Below, one piece after another: positions 21,681-32,100 of a stretch of 64,000 nt of DNA (positions are counted from its first letter, which is position 1; every line of letters begins with the position of its first letter). This stretch comes from Chloroflexota bacterium. Its GTDB lineage: Bacteria; Chloroflexota; UBA6077; FW602-bin22. The stretch is from positions 9,605-73,604 of the forward strand of contig DASRFH010000111.1 in NCBI GenBank assembly GCA_035651675.1. Direction: 5' to 3'. The position numbers and the translations under genes are program-made. Below the pieces are notes generated by a model that was not told the origin of the DNA, searched no databases, and saw only the letters and a program-made list of their open reading frames with translations.

Positions 21681-22361
21681 ATGCCACACACCATCGAGCT
21701 AAAGGCCGAGCCCCGCACGGTCTTGGGCAAGAAGGTGAAGCAGCTCCGGCGGCAGGGGCTGGTGCCCGCCAACGTGTACGGCGATGGCGTCGAGCCGATG
21801 CCGATCCAGTTGGACGCGAAGGCGCTGCAGCAGGCGCTCGCGCACGCCACGGCGACGACCCTCGTCGACCTGACGATCGGCAGCTCGCACTTTCGGCGCC
21901 ACGTGCTCGTGCGCGACGTGCAGTGGGAGCTGCTGAAGCACGTGCCGATCCACGTCGACTTCTACGCCGTGCGGATGGATGCGAACATCAAGGCGGCCGT
22001 GCCGATCGTGCTGCGCGGCGAGTCTCCGGCGGCGAAGCAGAGCGACATCATGTTGCTGCACCCCGTCGCCGCGTTGAACGTCGCGGGGCGCCCGGGCAAC
22101 CTGCCTGAAGCAATCGAGGTAGACGTCTCCGGCCTCACCGAGGTCGACCAGGCGATCTACGCGCGTGACATCCCTCTGCCGAGCGGCGTGACGCTCGTGG
22201 ACCCGCCCGAGGAACTGATCGTGAAGGTGCAGCCCACCAGGGCGGCGATCGAGGCGGAGGCCGCGGCTGAGGAGGCCGAGGCCCCGGCCATCGCCGCGGG
22301 CGTCGCCGCTGAGGAGGTCGGCCAGGGCGCCGAGGCGCCGAAGGCTGAGCGCGAGAGCTAG
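21681..22361 (+). CDS. rplY: 50S ribosomal protein L25 / general stress protein Ctc
   Basis: MPHTIELKAEPRTVLGKKVKQLRRQGLVPANVYG. It has the two-domain Ctc length (226 aa) and an acidic Ala/Glu tail. Confidence 0.9.
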   Translation: MPHTIELKAEPRTVLGKKVKQLRRQGLVPANVYGDGVEPMPIQLDAKALQQALAHATATTLVDLTIGSSHFRRHVLVRDVQWELLKHVPIHVDFYAVRMDANIKAAVPIVLRGESPAAKQSDIMLLHPVAALNVAGRPGNLPEAIEVDVSGLTEVDQAIYARDIPLPSGVTLVDPPEELIVKVQPTRAAIEAEAAAEEAEAPAIAAGVAAEEVGQGAEAPKAERES

Positions 22362-22685
22362 GCCTGGACGACGGGAGGGCCACGCCGCTGAGATTGCCGC
22401 AGCCGTGGCCGAACGCGGGGCGGGTAAGGCGGGCCGGGGCGACCGCGCCGGCCGGGCGGAGCGCGACCCGGGGTACGCGGCCGTTAGAGGCACGCGCGTC
22501 TACTCCGCTCCCGGAAGAGGCCGATCGCGCGCCACGGGAGCCCCGCACCTGCTGAACTCGTCGCATCTATCCCGTGGCAGCCGCCACCGGGACAAGGCAC
22601 CATTAGTGTTTCGTCAAAAACGCCCGCCTTAACCACTCACCTTATGGTGTTTCGCATCTCGACCATCCGTTAAAATCGCGGGGAT

Positions 22686-25600
22686 ATGGAAAACACAATC
22701 GGCCACGTCCTGCCCCGATCCATCGAGCGCGAGATGCGCGAGTCGTACATCGACTTCGCGATGAGCGTGATCACGTCGCGGGCGTTGCCGGACGTCCGCG
22801 ACGGTCTGAAGCCCGTCCAGCGCCGCGTTCTCTTCGCCATGGACGAGCTGGGGCTGCGGCCGACCGCGCCGCACAAGAAGAGCGCGCGTATCGTCGGCGA
22901 GGTGCTCGGCAAGTACCACCCCCACTCCGACGCGCCCGTGTACGACACGATGGTCCGGCTGGCGCAGACGTTTTCGATGCGCTACCCGCTCGTCGACGGG
23001 CAGGGCAACTTCGGCTCGGTCGACGGCGATCCACCGGCGGCGATGCGCTACACCGAGGCGCGGCTCTCGGCGATCGCCGAGGAGCTGCTGGCCGACATCG
23101 ACAAGAACACCGTCGACTTCCAGGCGAACTTCGACGGGTCGCTGCGGGAGCCGTCGGTGCTGCCGGCCAAGCTGCCGAACCTGCTGGTCAACGGGTCGGT
23201 CGGCATTGCGGTCGGGATGGCGACAAACATCCCGCCGCACAACCTGAGCGAGGTCGTCGACGCACTGGTGCTGATGATCGGGCGGTACGGCAAAGCCGTC
23301 GAGACGGGCGTGCCGTTCGGCGTGGCGTGGTCGCGCGTGATGCGCGCCGGGACCGACCCGGAGGCGCTGCACGCCGCGCTGAAGGCGATGCCGAAGGCGC
23401 TGGCGGCGGAGGTACGGCGGGCGGCGGAGCAGATCGCCAAGAAGCCGACCGACGAGCAGATGGCCGAGGCGCTCCTCGCACACGTCGACCGGCTGATCGA
23501 CGTCACGCCCGACGAGATCATGAAACACATCAAGGGACCGGACTTCCCGACCGCCGGCATCATCCTCGGCGACGAGGGGATCAAGTCCGCTTACACGACC
23601 GGCCACGGCCGGATCGTGATCCGTGCCAAGGTCCACACCGAGGACCTACGCGGGAACCGCGAGGCGATCGTCGTCACCGAGCTGCCCTACCAGGTCAACA
23701 AGGCGACGCTGATCGAGAAGATCGCCGAGCTCGTGCGCGACAAGCGGCTCGACGGTATCTCGGACATGCGCGACGAGTCGGACCGGCAGGGCATGCGGCT
23801 GGTCGTCGAGCTGAAGCGCGACGCGAACGCCCGCACGGTCATGAACCAGCTCTTCAAGATGACCGCGATGCAGTCGGCGTTCAGCATCAACATGCTCGCG
23901 CTTGTCGACGGCGCGCCGCGCGTCCTGACGCTGAAGCAGATCCTGCTCCAGTACCTGAACTGGCGGCACCAGGTCCTGACCCGGCGCACGGTCTTCGAGC
24001 TCGAGAAGGCGCGCGCGCGGGCCCACATCCTGGAGGGCCTGAAGATCGCGCTCGACCACCTCGACGAGGTGATCCGCATCATCCGCGGCGCGCGCGACAC
24101 GGACGCGGCGCGCCAGGCGCTGATGAAGCGGTTCAGCCTGAGCGAGGTCCAGGCGACCGCGATCCTCGATATGCAGCTGCGGCGCCTGGCTGCCCTCGAG
24201 CGCCAGAAGATCCTCGACGAGCTGAAGGAAGTGCTGGCGCTGGTCGCCAAGCTCGAGGACCTGCTGGCCAACCCGGTCAAGATCCTGTTCCTGGCACGCG
24301 ACGAGCTGGTGCAGCTCAAGGAGAAGTACGGCGACGAGCGGCGGACGCGCATCCTGGCCGAAGTCACCGGCGAGCTGACGGTCGAGGACCTGGTCCCGGA
24401 TCAGGACGTCGTCGTGCTGTCGACCGTGCGCGACTACGTGCGGCGGCTGCCGGGCGACGCGTTCCGCGTGCGTCGGTCGGTCCGCGGCGTCTCGACGACG
24501 ATCAGCCACGACGAGGACGCGATCAAGCACCTGATCGTGGCGAACACGCGCGACACGGTCGTCTTCTTCACCGACAAGGGGAAGATGTACGCGGTCAAGG
24601 TACACGAGGTGCCCGAGCAGCAGGCGAAGGCTCGCGGTCTTCCGCTGACGAACCTGACCGGCATCACCCGCGAAGAGAAGGTCTCGGCCGTCGTCGCGAT
24701 CAAGAGCTTCGACCAGGATGGCTACTTCATCTTCGTGACGCGCGGCGGCGAGGTGAAGAAGACGGCCGTTCGGGACTACGCCTCGGCCCGCGCGAACGGG
24801 CTGATCGCGATGGACCTGCCGCCGAACGACGAGCTGGTGTGGGTTGGCTATTCGCCGGGCAACGCCGAGCTCTCGATCATCACCGAGCAGGGCCAGTCGA
24901 TCCGCTTCAAGGACGCGCAGCTCCGCGCGGCGAGCCGCCAGAGCGGCGGCGTCCGCGGCATCAAGCTCGCGCCGCGGGACCACGTCGTGGACGCGAACAT
25001 CGTCGAGCCGGACGGGGACATCTTGCTCGTCACGGCGCGCGGTTTCGGCAAGCGGGTGCCGATCTCGCAGTTCACGGTGCAGGGCCGTGGCGGTGGCGGC
25101 ATACGCGTGATGCCGGTGTCGGCGAAGACCGGCGAGGTCGTCGTGGCGCGCATCGTCCGGCCCGGCGACGAGGTGATGATCGCCTCGCGGGAGGGCATCG
25201 TCGTGCGCCAGCCGACGCTCGCCGTTCCGCCGCTCGGTCGGCAGGCACAGGGCGCGGCGATCATCCAGCTCGGGCCGAAGGACTCCGTCGCGGCGATGGC
25301 CCGCCTGCGGGCCTCGCCCGAGGACGGCGACGGCGAAGGCGCCCGTCCGCCGGCCCCGCCGCCTGCCCGCGGTGGCGGCTCGCCAGCCCGCCCGAACGGG
25401 CGGGGTCCCTCGCCGAACGGCGCGTCGATGGCCAGCGCGCCGACCGCCGGCGGCGATGGGCACGCACCGCGCGGCCGTGCCGGGCACGGGGCGGCGATGG
25501 GGGCGAAGCCGGCGGCCGGCGGCAAGTCCGCCGGGGCGGCCGCCGACGGCAAGGCCAGGAGCAAGAACGCTTCGACGGACGCCAAGCCGGCGAGGCCCGC

Positions 25601-26123
25601 CGGTGCCGCGAGGTCGGCGAAGGCGGCTCCGCGTGCGGCGCCCGCCAAGCCGGCCGCGCGCGCCGCCGGGCCGGCGACGGCGCCGAAGGCGGCTCGAAGT
25701 GCCGCGGCGGCCGTGGTCGCGAAGCGGGGCTCGGGTCAGTTGGCCGCGCCGGCACGGGGTCGGGCTGCTTCGCCCGAGCCAGCTCCCGCATTGGGAGCGG
25801 CCTCGGCCGCGCAAGGGAAGGTCGCCGCGGCGGAGCGGACGGCGACCGGCGCCGCCGCACCGCCGAAGGGCGTCCGTCCAGCCGCCGCGGTGGCGAAGAA
25901 CCGCCGACCCCGCGTTGTGGCCACGCCCCGTCCCGCTCCAGCGACGACGTCCGGCGTCGTGCGGGCGGTCGGCGGGAAGCGCGGCGCCGCGGGTGCACAA
26001 CCGCAGCTCGGCGGGTGGCGGCCGCTGGTCCGCGACGAGGCCCCCTCTCCGAGGCTCGCCGGACGCGCAGCCGCGTCCGCGACCGCCGCCAAGCCCGCGC
26101 CCACCAAGCCAGGGTCCCGGTGA
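22686..26123 (+). CDS. gyrA: DNA gyrase subunit A with internal insertion and long basic low-complexity C-terminal tail
   Basis: [47 protein letters not shown], active-site Tyr in [18 protein letters not shown], and beta-pinwheel blades. At 1145 aa it is about 300 aa longer than typical GyrA. Confidence 0.92.
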   Translation: MENTIGHVLPRSIEREMRESYIDFAMSVITSRALPDVRDGLKPVQRRVLFAMDELGLRPTAPHKKSARIVGEVLGKYHPHSDAPVYDTMVRLAQTFSMRYPLVDGQGNFGSVDGDPPAAMRYTEARLSAIAEELLADIDKNTVDFQANFDGSLREPSVLPAKLPNLLVNGSVGIAVGMATNIPPHNLSEVVDALVLMIGRYGKAVETGVPFGVAWSRVMRAGTDPEALHAALKAMPKALAAEVRRAAEQIAKKPTDEQMAEALLAHVDRLIDVTPDEIMKHIKGPDFPTAGIILGDEGIKSAYTTGHGRIVIRAKVHTEDLRGNREAIVVTELPYQVNKATLIEKIAELVRDKRLDGISDMRDESDRQGMRLVVELKRDANARTVMNQLFKMTAMQSAFSINMLALVDGAPRVLTLKQILLQYLNWRHQVLTRRTVFELEKARARAHILEGLKIALDHLDEVIRIIRGARDTDAARQALMKRFSLSEVQATAILDMQLRRLAALERQKILDELKEVLALVAKLEDLLANPVKILFLARDELVQLKEKYGDERRTRILAEVTGELTVEDLVPDQDVVVLSTVRDYVRRLPGDAFRVRRSVRGVSTTISHDEDAIKHLIVANTRDTVVFFTDKGKMYAVKVHEVPEQQAKARGLPLTNLTGITREEKVSAVVAIKSFDQDGYFIFVTRGGEVKKTAVRDYASARANGLIAMDLPPNDELVWVGYSPGNAELSIITEQGQSIRFKDAQLRAASRQSGGVRGIKLAPRDHVVDANIVEPDGDILLVTARGFGKRVPISQFTVQGRGGGGIRVMPVSAKTGEVVVARIVRPGDEVMIASREGIVVRQPTLAVPPLGRQAQGAAIIQLGPKDSVAAMARLRASPEDGDGEGARPPAPPPARGGGSPARPNGRGPSPNGASMASAPTAGGDGHAPRGRAGHGAAMGAKPAAGGKSAGAAADGKARSKNASTDAKPARPAGAARSAKAAPRAAPAKPAARAAGPATAPKAARSAAAAVVAKRGSGQLAAPARGRAASPEPAPALGAASAAQGKVAAAERTATGAAAPPKGVRPAAAVAKNRRPRVVATPRPAPATTSGVVRAVGGKRGAAGAQPQLGGWRPLVRDEAPSPRLAGRAAASATAAKPAPTKPGSR

Positions 26124-26250
26124 CTACCCCTCACCCCCAGGGCGATGGACAGGCCGAGGACGTGGGATAGGGTCGGCGTGGTGCGCCCGCCGGCCTGTCG
26201 GGCCCGCCCGCACTCGGCCTTCGAAGGTACTCGCCCGCGGACGGGCAGCG

Positions 26251-26697
26251 TCAGCGGCGCTTGTGTGGGGTCGGGGTCACGTGAGCCTTCGGCGTCGAGG
26301 TCGGCAGGGCCGCCCTGCGGGGCGGGCTAGGCTCGGCCTTCGGCTCCGTCGGCGCGGCGATCGGCTGAACGGAACGCTGTGTCGGGGTCGCCTCGACCGT
26401 CGGCACCTCGGGCGCGGGGACGATCGTCAGCGCGACGGTGGGCGTAGCGGTGGGCGTGTCGGTCGGGATCGGCGTCGTGGTCGGCTCTGGCGTCGGCGTC
26501 TCGGTCGGCGTAGCGGTGACGACGATCGCTTCGGCGTAGACGACCGGCGCCTGGCGCAGCCGCGGGCCGGCGATCAGACTAACGATGCCGAGGACGTAAA
26601 GGCTGCATATCCCCAGCGCACTCACCGCGAGCAGCAAACGGAGCGTTTCGTTGAGCGCCTTGAACCGCTCGTAGAGGTCGCGGACGATCTCGGACAC
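26251..26697 (-). CDS. Membrane-anchored Thr/Pro-rich hypothetical protein
   Basis: 148 aa with a GTG start. One TM segment (LLLAVSALGICSLYVLGIVSLIA) is followed by a TP-repeat-like tail (TATPTETPTPEPTTTPIPTDTPTATPT). Third-position GC is good. Confidence 0.55.
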   Translation of the reverse strand: MSEIVRDLYERFKALNETLRLLLAVSALGICSLYVLGIVSLIAGPRLRQAPVVYAEAIVVTATPTETPTPEPTTTPIPTDTPTATPTVALTIVPAPEVPTVEATPTQRSVQPIAAPTEPKAEPSPPRRAALPTSTPKAHVTPTPHKRR

Positions 26698-26744
26698 GCC
26701 GGGAGGGTACCGGGGGCCCGGTTAGACACCGGTAAGACGAAGGA

Positions 26745-27650
26745 TTGGTCCCGTTGGTTGACCGTAAACGGACCCACGCGCTCGCGGACGGCTCGCTGCT
26801 GCTCGTCACGGTCGTCTGGGGGACGACGTTCGTCGTCGTCAAGCTGGCCGTCGAGACCGTCGACCCGCTGCTGTTCGTCGCACTGCGGTTCTTGGCAGCC
26901 GCGGCGGTGCTCGGCACGCTCTACTGGCGGCGGCTCGCCTGCGCGCCCGGCGCGACGTGGGTGGCGGGCGGCTGGCTCGGGCTCGCGCTGCTCGCCGGGT
27001 TCGCTCTACAGACACTTGGTCTCCGGGAGACGACGCCCGCGCGCGCCGCCTTCATCACCGGCCTTTCGATCGTGATGGTGCCCGTCCTCGCGGCGGCATT
27101 CTTCGGCGAGCGGCCCGGTCGGCTCGCGGTCTGCGGCGTCGGCGTGAGCTTCGCAGGGCTCGTGGTGCTGTCGGCGCCGCTCGCCGCCGACGCAGCGGCG
27201 AGCGGCTACCCGGCGTCCGCGAGCTGGCGCGGCGACGCGCTCGTGCTGGGCTGTGCGCTGGCGTTCGCCCTCCACATCGTCGGCGTTGGCCACTTCGCCG
27301 GCCGGCACGACCCGCGGGCCATCACCGCGGTGCAGGTGGCGGTCGTGGCCCTGCTCGCGGGGGTCTGGGCCGGCGCGTCTGGGGCGCCGCTGCCCACAGC
27401 CTGGCCGGTCTGGGGCGCCGTCGCGTACATGGGCGCCGTCGCGACCGCGCTGGTCTTCCTGCTCCAGAACTGGGCGCAGATCCACACGTCATCGACGCAC
27501 GCTGCGCTGATCTTCGCGCTCGAGCCAGCCTTCGCGGCGCTCTTTTCGTTCCTGCTCCGCGGCGAGCAGCTCACCGCGCGGTCGCTCGCCGGCGGCGCGC
27601 TGATCCTCGCGGGGATGGTGCTCGCCGAGCTGCGCCTCGCCGAGGACTAG
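26745..27650 (+). CDS. EamA/DMT-family transporter
   Basis: 301 aa with 10 predicted TM segments in two EamA-like halves (LLLVTVVWGTTFVVVK..., ...LLQNWAQIHTSSTHAALIFALEPAFAALFS). Confidence 0.85.
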   Translation: MVPLVDRKRTHALADGSLLLVTVVWGTTFVVVKLAVETVDPLLFVALRFLAAAAVLGTLYWRRLACAPGATWVAGGWLGLALLAGFALQTLGLRETTPARAAFITGLSIVMVPVLAAAFFGERPGRLAVCGVGVSFAGLVVLSAPLAADAAASGYPASASWRGDALVLGCALAFALHIVGVGHFAGRHDPRAITAVQVAVVALLAGVWAGASGAPLPTAWPVWGAVAYMGAVATALVFLLQNWAQIHTSSTHAALIFALEPAFAALFSFLLRGEQLTARSLAGGALILAGMVLAELRLAED

Positions 27651-27904
27651 TAGCCGTTGAAGTAGTTGATCGCCTGCAAGAAAAGGATCGTCAGGAACGC
27701 GAGCAGCAGCGGGACGATCGCGATGTCGAGCCCTTTGGCCAGGCGGCGGATCCGCACGCCGGCGCCGACGTTGACGACCTCCTTGCTGAGCAAGAGGCAG
27801 CCGAGAAGGATGATCGCGGTCAGGGTGAGGCTGGCCATCAGCCCCTCGAGGGTGATGGCGGTCGTCATCATCGTGACGGTCGTAGTGGTGACGGTCGAGC
27901 TCAT
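27647..27904 (-). CDS. Small hydrophobic protein (85 aa), unknown function
   Basis: MSSTVTTTTVTMMTTAITLEGLMASLTLTAIILLGCLLL...IAIVPLLLAFLTILFLQAINYFNGY. It has two TM segments and good third-position GC. Its stop overlaps the EamA stop at a shared CTAG. Confidence 0.5.
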   Translation of the reverse strand: MSSTVTTTTVTMMTTAITLEGLMASLTLTAIILLGCLLLSKEVVNVGAGVRIRRLAKGLDIAIVPLLLAFLTILFLQAINYFNGY

Positions 27905-27991
27905 GGCCTGGCGATTGTGCGGATTCCTAGGGGAATCACGCAATGCAGTCTGTCACAATCCTGTAACGAGGCGCCGTAGAATGCGCCGCCG

Positions 27992-28717
27992 ATGCGACGA
28001 GCACGCGAGCGGACTGGCGGCGAGGCGACCGCCTACACGGTCAAGTCCCTCCCAGCCGACGAGCGCCCGCGCGAGCGGCTGCTCAAGGCGGGCGCGGGCG
28101 CGCTGTCCGACGGCGAGCTGCTGGCGATCATCCTGCGTACCGGCCTGGTCGGCGAGATGGTGACCGAGGTAGCTAACGACCTGCTCGCCCAGTACGGGGG
28201 GTTCTGGGGTCTGCACGGTGCGACGGTGGAACAGCTGAGCCGCCGTCGGGGGCTCAAGGGGGCCAAGGTCGCGCAGCTCAAGGCCGCGCTCGAGATCGGG
28301 CGGCGGATGCGCGAAGCCGCGCCCGACGAGCGGCCGCAGATCGGCTCGCCGGACGACGCCTACCGGCTGGTCCAGTTCGGGATGGCCGCGCTGGAGCAGG
28401 AGGAGATGTGGGTCATCCTCCTGGACACGCGCAACCGCGTGATCGGCCGTCCTCGCCCGATCTACCGTGGCAGCCTCAACAGCACGCAGGTGCGCGTCGC
28501 CGACCTGTTCCGGGAGGCGGTGCGCGAGAACGCGGCCTCGATCGTCATCGCCCACAACCACCCCTCCGGCGACCCGACGCCGTCGCCCGAGGACGTGCGG
28601 GTGACGCGGGACGTCGTCCAGGCCGGCAAGCTGCTCGACGTCGAGCTGCTCGACCACCTGGTGATCGGGCGGCGGGGATTCGTCAGCCTCAAGCAGCGTG
28701 GGTTAGGCTTCCATTAA
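27992..28717 (+). CDS. radC: RadC-family JAB/MPN domain protein
   Basis: N-terminal HhH-like PRERLLKAGAGALSDGELLAIILRTG and the C-terminal JAMM motif AHNHPSGDPTPSPEDV. Confidence 0.88.
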   Translation: MRRARERTGGEATAYTVKSLPADERPRERLLKAGAGALSDGELLAIILRTGLVGEMVTEVANDLLAQYGGFWGLHGATVEQLSRRRGLKGAKVAQLKAALEIGRRMREAAPDERPQIGSPDDAYRLVQFGMAALEQEEMWVILLDTRNRVIGRPRPIYRGSLNSTQVRVADLFREAVRENAASIVIAHNHPSGDPTPSPEDVRVTRDVVQAGKLLDVELLDHLVIGRRGFVSLKQRGLGFH

Positions 28718-28731
28718 CGGAGGCGACCACA

Positions 28732-29184
28732 ATGGCGACGGAGACGAAGCGTTCGAGCTCGGGCTACGACCTGACGCCCCTCACGCCCGAGCAGGTCATG
28801 GAGCTGGCCCAGGACCTGACTCCCGAGGAGCGGCACATCATGCTCGACCACGGCACCGAGCCGCCGTTCTGCGGCACGCTGCTGCACAACAAGGAGGCCG
28901 GCATGTACGTCTGCCGCCTCTGCGGGCTGCCCCTGTTCAGGTCGGGCACGAAGTTCGAGTCGGGGACTGGCTGGCCGAGCTTCTACGAGCCGTTCGACAA
29001 AGAGCACATTACCGAGATCGACGACCGCTCGTACGGGATGATCCGGACTGAGATCCGGTGCGCGCGCTGCGGCGGACACCTCGGGCACGTCTTCCCGGAC
29101 GGGCCGCCGCCGACGTACCAGCGGTACTGCCTGAACTCGGCCTCGCTACGTTTCGAGAAGCTGGAGGATGCCGCGCAGCGGTAA
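28732..29184 (+). CDS. msrB: Peptide-methionine (R)-S-oxide reductase MsrB
   Basis: CRLCGLPLF...GTGWPSFYEP...IRCARCGGHLGHVFPDGP is the SelR/MsrB signature with two CxxC pairs. The start is ATG 28732; the track ORF extends spuriously upstream. Confidence 0.92.
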   Translation: MATETKRSSSGYDLTPLTPEQVMELAQDLTPEERHIMLDHGTEPPFCGTLLHNKEAGMYVCRLCGLPLFRSGTKFESGTGWPSFYEPFDKEHITEIDDRSYGMIRTEIRCARCGGHLGHVFPDGPPPTYQRYCLNSASLRFEKLEDAAQR

Positions 29185-32100
29185 GTAGACCCAGCTCGGC
29201 CGGTTGTCGAGCTCGTAGCCCAGCTCGTACAGGGCCTTCTCCAACAGGTGCACGTCGAGCAAGAGCGTTAACGACTCGGGGTCGCGTGGGAGGAAGCCGA
29301 AGACGTCCGGAACCGCGAGGTAGCCGCGCAGGAACGACGCGGACGCCCAGCGGTGCCAATAGCGCGCCCAGGGCTCGAGCGCCTCGGAGCCACGGCCGGC
29401 CAGCCCGGCGTACGCGGCGTAGTGGAACGAGCGCAGCATCCCGGCCACGTCGCGCATCGGCGAGCGTTTCAATCGGCGCTCGCCGAGCGGACGGGCCGGC
29501 TCGCCCTCGAAGTCGACGATCACGAAGTCGCGGCCGGTGAACAGAACCTGCCCGAGGTGGTAGTCGCCGTGGATCCGCGTTCGCTGCGCGACGATCTTGC
29601 GGTCGATCACGGCGCGGAACCGCGCGGTGATCGCCGGCTCCAGCGCTAGCACGGCGTCTGCCAGGGGCCGCACTTCCGGTGCGAGGTCGGCCGCGTCGCG
29701 CAGGAGGCGCAGGTTCCGCGTCGCCAGCGTCCGGAGCGACTGGAAGAGCGAGCGCTGGTACAGCTGACCGAACGGCTCGGGCCCGAAATCCGGTCCGGTG
29801 GCCGAGGCGAGCGCGACGTGCATCTCGGCGGTGCGTTGTCCGAGGAGGGCGGCGCGCTCGACGTACGCCTGGAGTGCCCGGTGGACCTCGTCCGGCGGCT
29901 CGTCGCCGGCGAGCGCCAGCAGCCTGGCGGCGGCCGAGCTGTCCTCGGGCGGCGCGGGCCAGGCCGCGACGCGGTCGTAGTAGCGGGCCAGCTCGTCGAG
30001 CGAATAGCGCCAAGCGTCGCCTTCGTTCGGCACGAACGTCTGGAGCACCGCGAGGGTCGCCTGTTCGCGCCCGGCCCGGTACTCGATGCCCCCGGCCGTG
30101 CCGGGCGTGTGCTCGAATTGCAGCTCGGTCAGTACCCGGCCGATTTCGACCTCGGGGTTCGGGCCGGGCTCGATCTTCCGGAACAGCTTCAGGATGAACT
30201 GGTCGTCGTACGTCACGGACGAGTTTGACTGCTCCGCGCGGCTCGCCGACGGCCGGAGCGCCCAGTCGGACGCGCGGCGCATGCCGCGCAGGGCGCCCGT
30301 CTGGAACGCGGTCACCTCGCCCGCGCCGGCCCGGAGGCGCCGGCGGCCCGCCACCGCCTCGAGCAGCGCCAGGCCCACCCCGGGGTCGGCGATCGCGTCG
30401 TACAGGACGCCGCCGTGCTGCCCGTCGAGGCGGGCGATGAGCGAGCCCGGTCGGTCGACGAGGGCCTCGCGGAGCGCCTCACCCTCGACGCAGCCGAGCA
30501 CCAGGGTGTACAGCTCGGGGTCTCCTTCGACGTACTCGACCTGGGCCAGCGTGACGAAGGCGCCGCCGTCCTGGGTGCGTACCGGGATCGCGTCACGGAT
30601 CCGCACCGAGCGGATCACGCGCGTCTTGGCGCCGAACCACCGCTGCGTCGGCAGGTACTCGGCCAGCACCCGCCCGAGTTGGCCCCGGCCGCGGCCGACG
30701 ACGACCTCCTCCCATGATCCCTCGAAAGCGAGGCTCGGGAGCTCCCGCACCGGCCGAGGGGCGACCTCGATCCGCTCGCGCGAGGGCTCGAGGGCGAACC
30801 AGAAGAAGGCGTGCGGCCCGAGCGTAAGCACGTACGGCCGATCGCCGACCGGCGGGAAGCGCGAGCGGCCGAAGAGCTCGACCGGCTGCAAGCCGCGGTA
30901 GGCGGAGAGGTCGAGCTCAACGTACTGGGCGAACCGCGACATATTCGCCACGACGAGGATCGTCTCGTCCCCGTCCTGGCGGACGAACGCGAGCACTTTG
31001 CGGTTCTCGGGCAGAATGAAGCGGATGTCGCCGCGCGAGAAGGCGCGGTACTGGCGGCGCAGCTCGATCAGCCGGGTCGTCCACCGCAGGAGGGAGTGCG
31101 GGTTGTTCCGCTGCGCCTCGACGTTGACGGTCTGGTAGTGGTACTCGGGATCGATGATGACCGGGAGGTAGAGCCGCTGCGGGTTCGCGTCGGAGAAGCC
31201 GGCGTTGCGGTCCGCGCTCCACTGCATTGGCGTCCGCACGCCGTTGCGGTCGCCGAGGTACGGGTTGTCGCCCATCCCTAGCTCGTCGCCGTAGTAGAGG
31301 ACCGGCGTCCCGGGCAGCGAGAAGAGCAGCCCGTTCATCAGCTCGATGCGCCGGCGGTGGTTGCCGAGCAGCGGCGCGAGGCGGCGGCGGATGCCCAGGT
31401 TGATGCGGAGCTGCGGGTCGCCGGCGTATACGCGGTACATATAGTCGCGCTCTTCGTCGGTCACCATCTCGAGCGTGAGCTCGTCGTGGTTGCGCAGGAA
31501 CATCGCCCACTGCGCCGTCGGCGGGATCGGGGGGGTGTGCTCGAGGATGTCGACGACGGGGAAGCGGTCCTCCATCCGGATCGCCATGAACAGCCGCGGC
31601 ATCACCGGGAAGTGGAAGGCCATGTGGCACTCGTCGCCTTCGCCCTCACCGAAATAGGCGACCGAGTCCTCCGGCCACTGGTTCGCCTCGGCGAGCAGCA
31701 TGCGGTCGCCGTACCGCTCGTCGACGTGCCGACGCAGCTTCTTCAGGAACTGGTGCGTCTCGGGCAGGTTCTCGCAGTTCGTGCCTTCGCGCTCGTAGAG
31801 GTAGGGGATCGCGTCGAGCCGCAGGCCGTCCACACCCATGTCGAGCCAGAAGTCCATGGCTTTGATCACGGCACGGTGGACGGCCGGGTTGTCGTAGTTC
31901 AGGTCCGGCTGGTGGTGGTAGAAACGGTGCCAGAAATAGGCGTTGGCGACGGGGTCCCACGACCAGTTCGACGACTCGAAGTCTTTGAAGATGATCCGGG
32001 CCTCGCGGTACCGGTCGGCGTTATCGCTCCAAACGTAGAAGCCGCGGGCAGCGCTGCCCGGCTTCGCCCGCCGCGCGCGCTGGAACCAGGGGTGCTGGTC

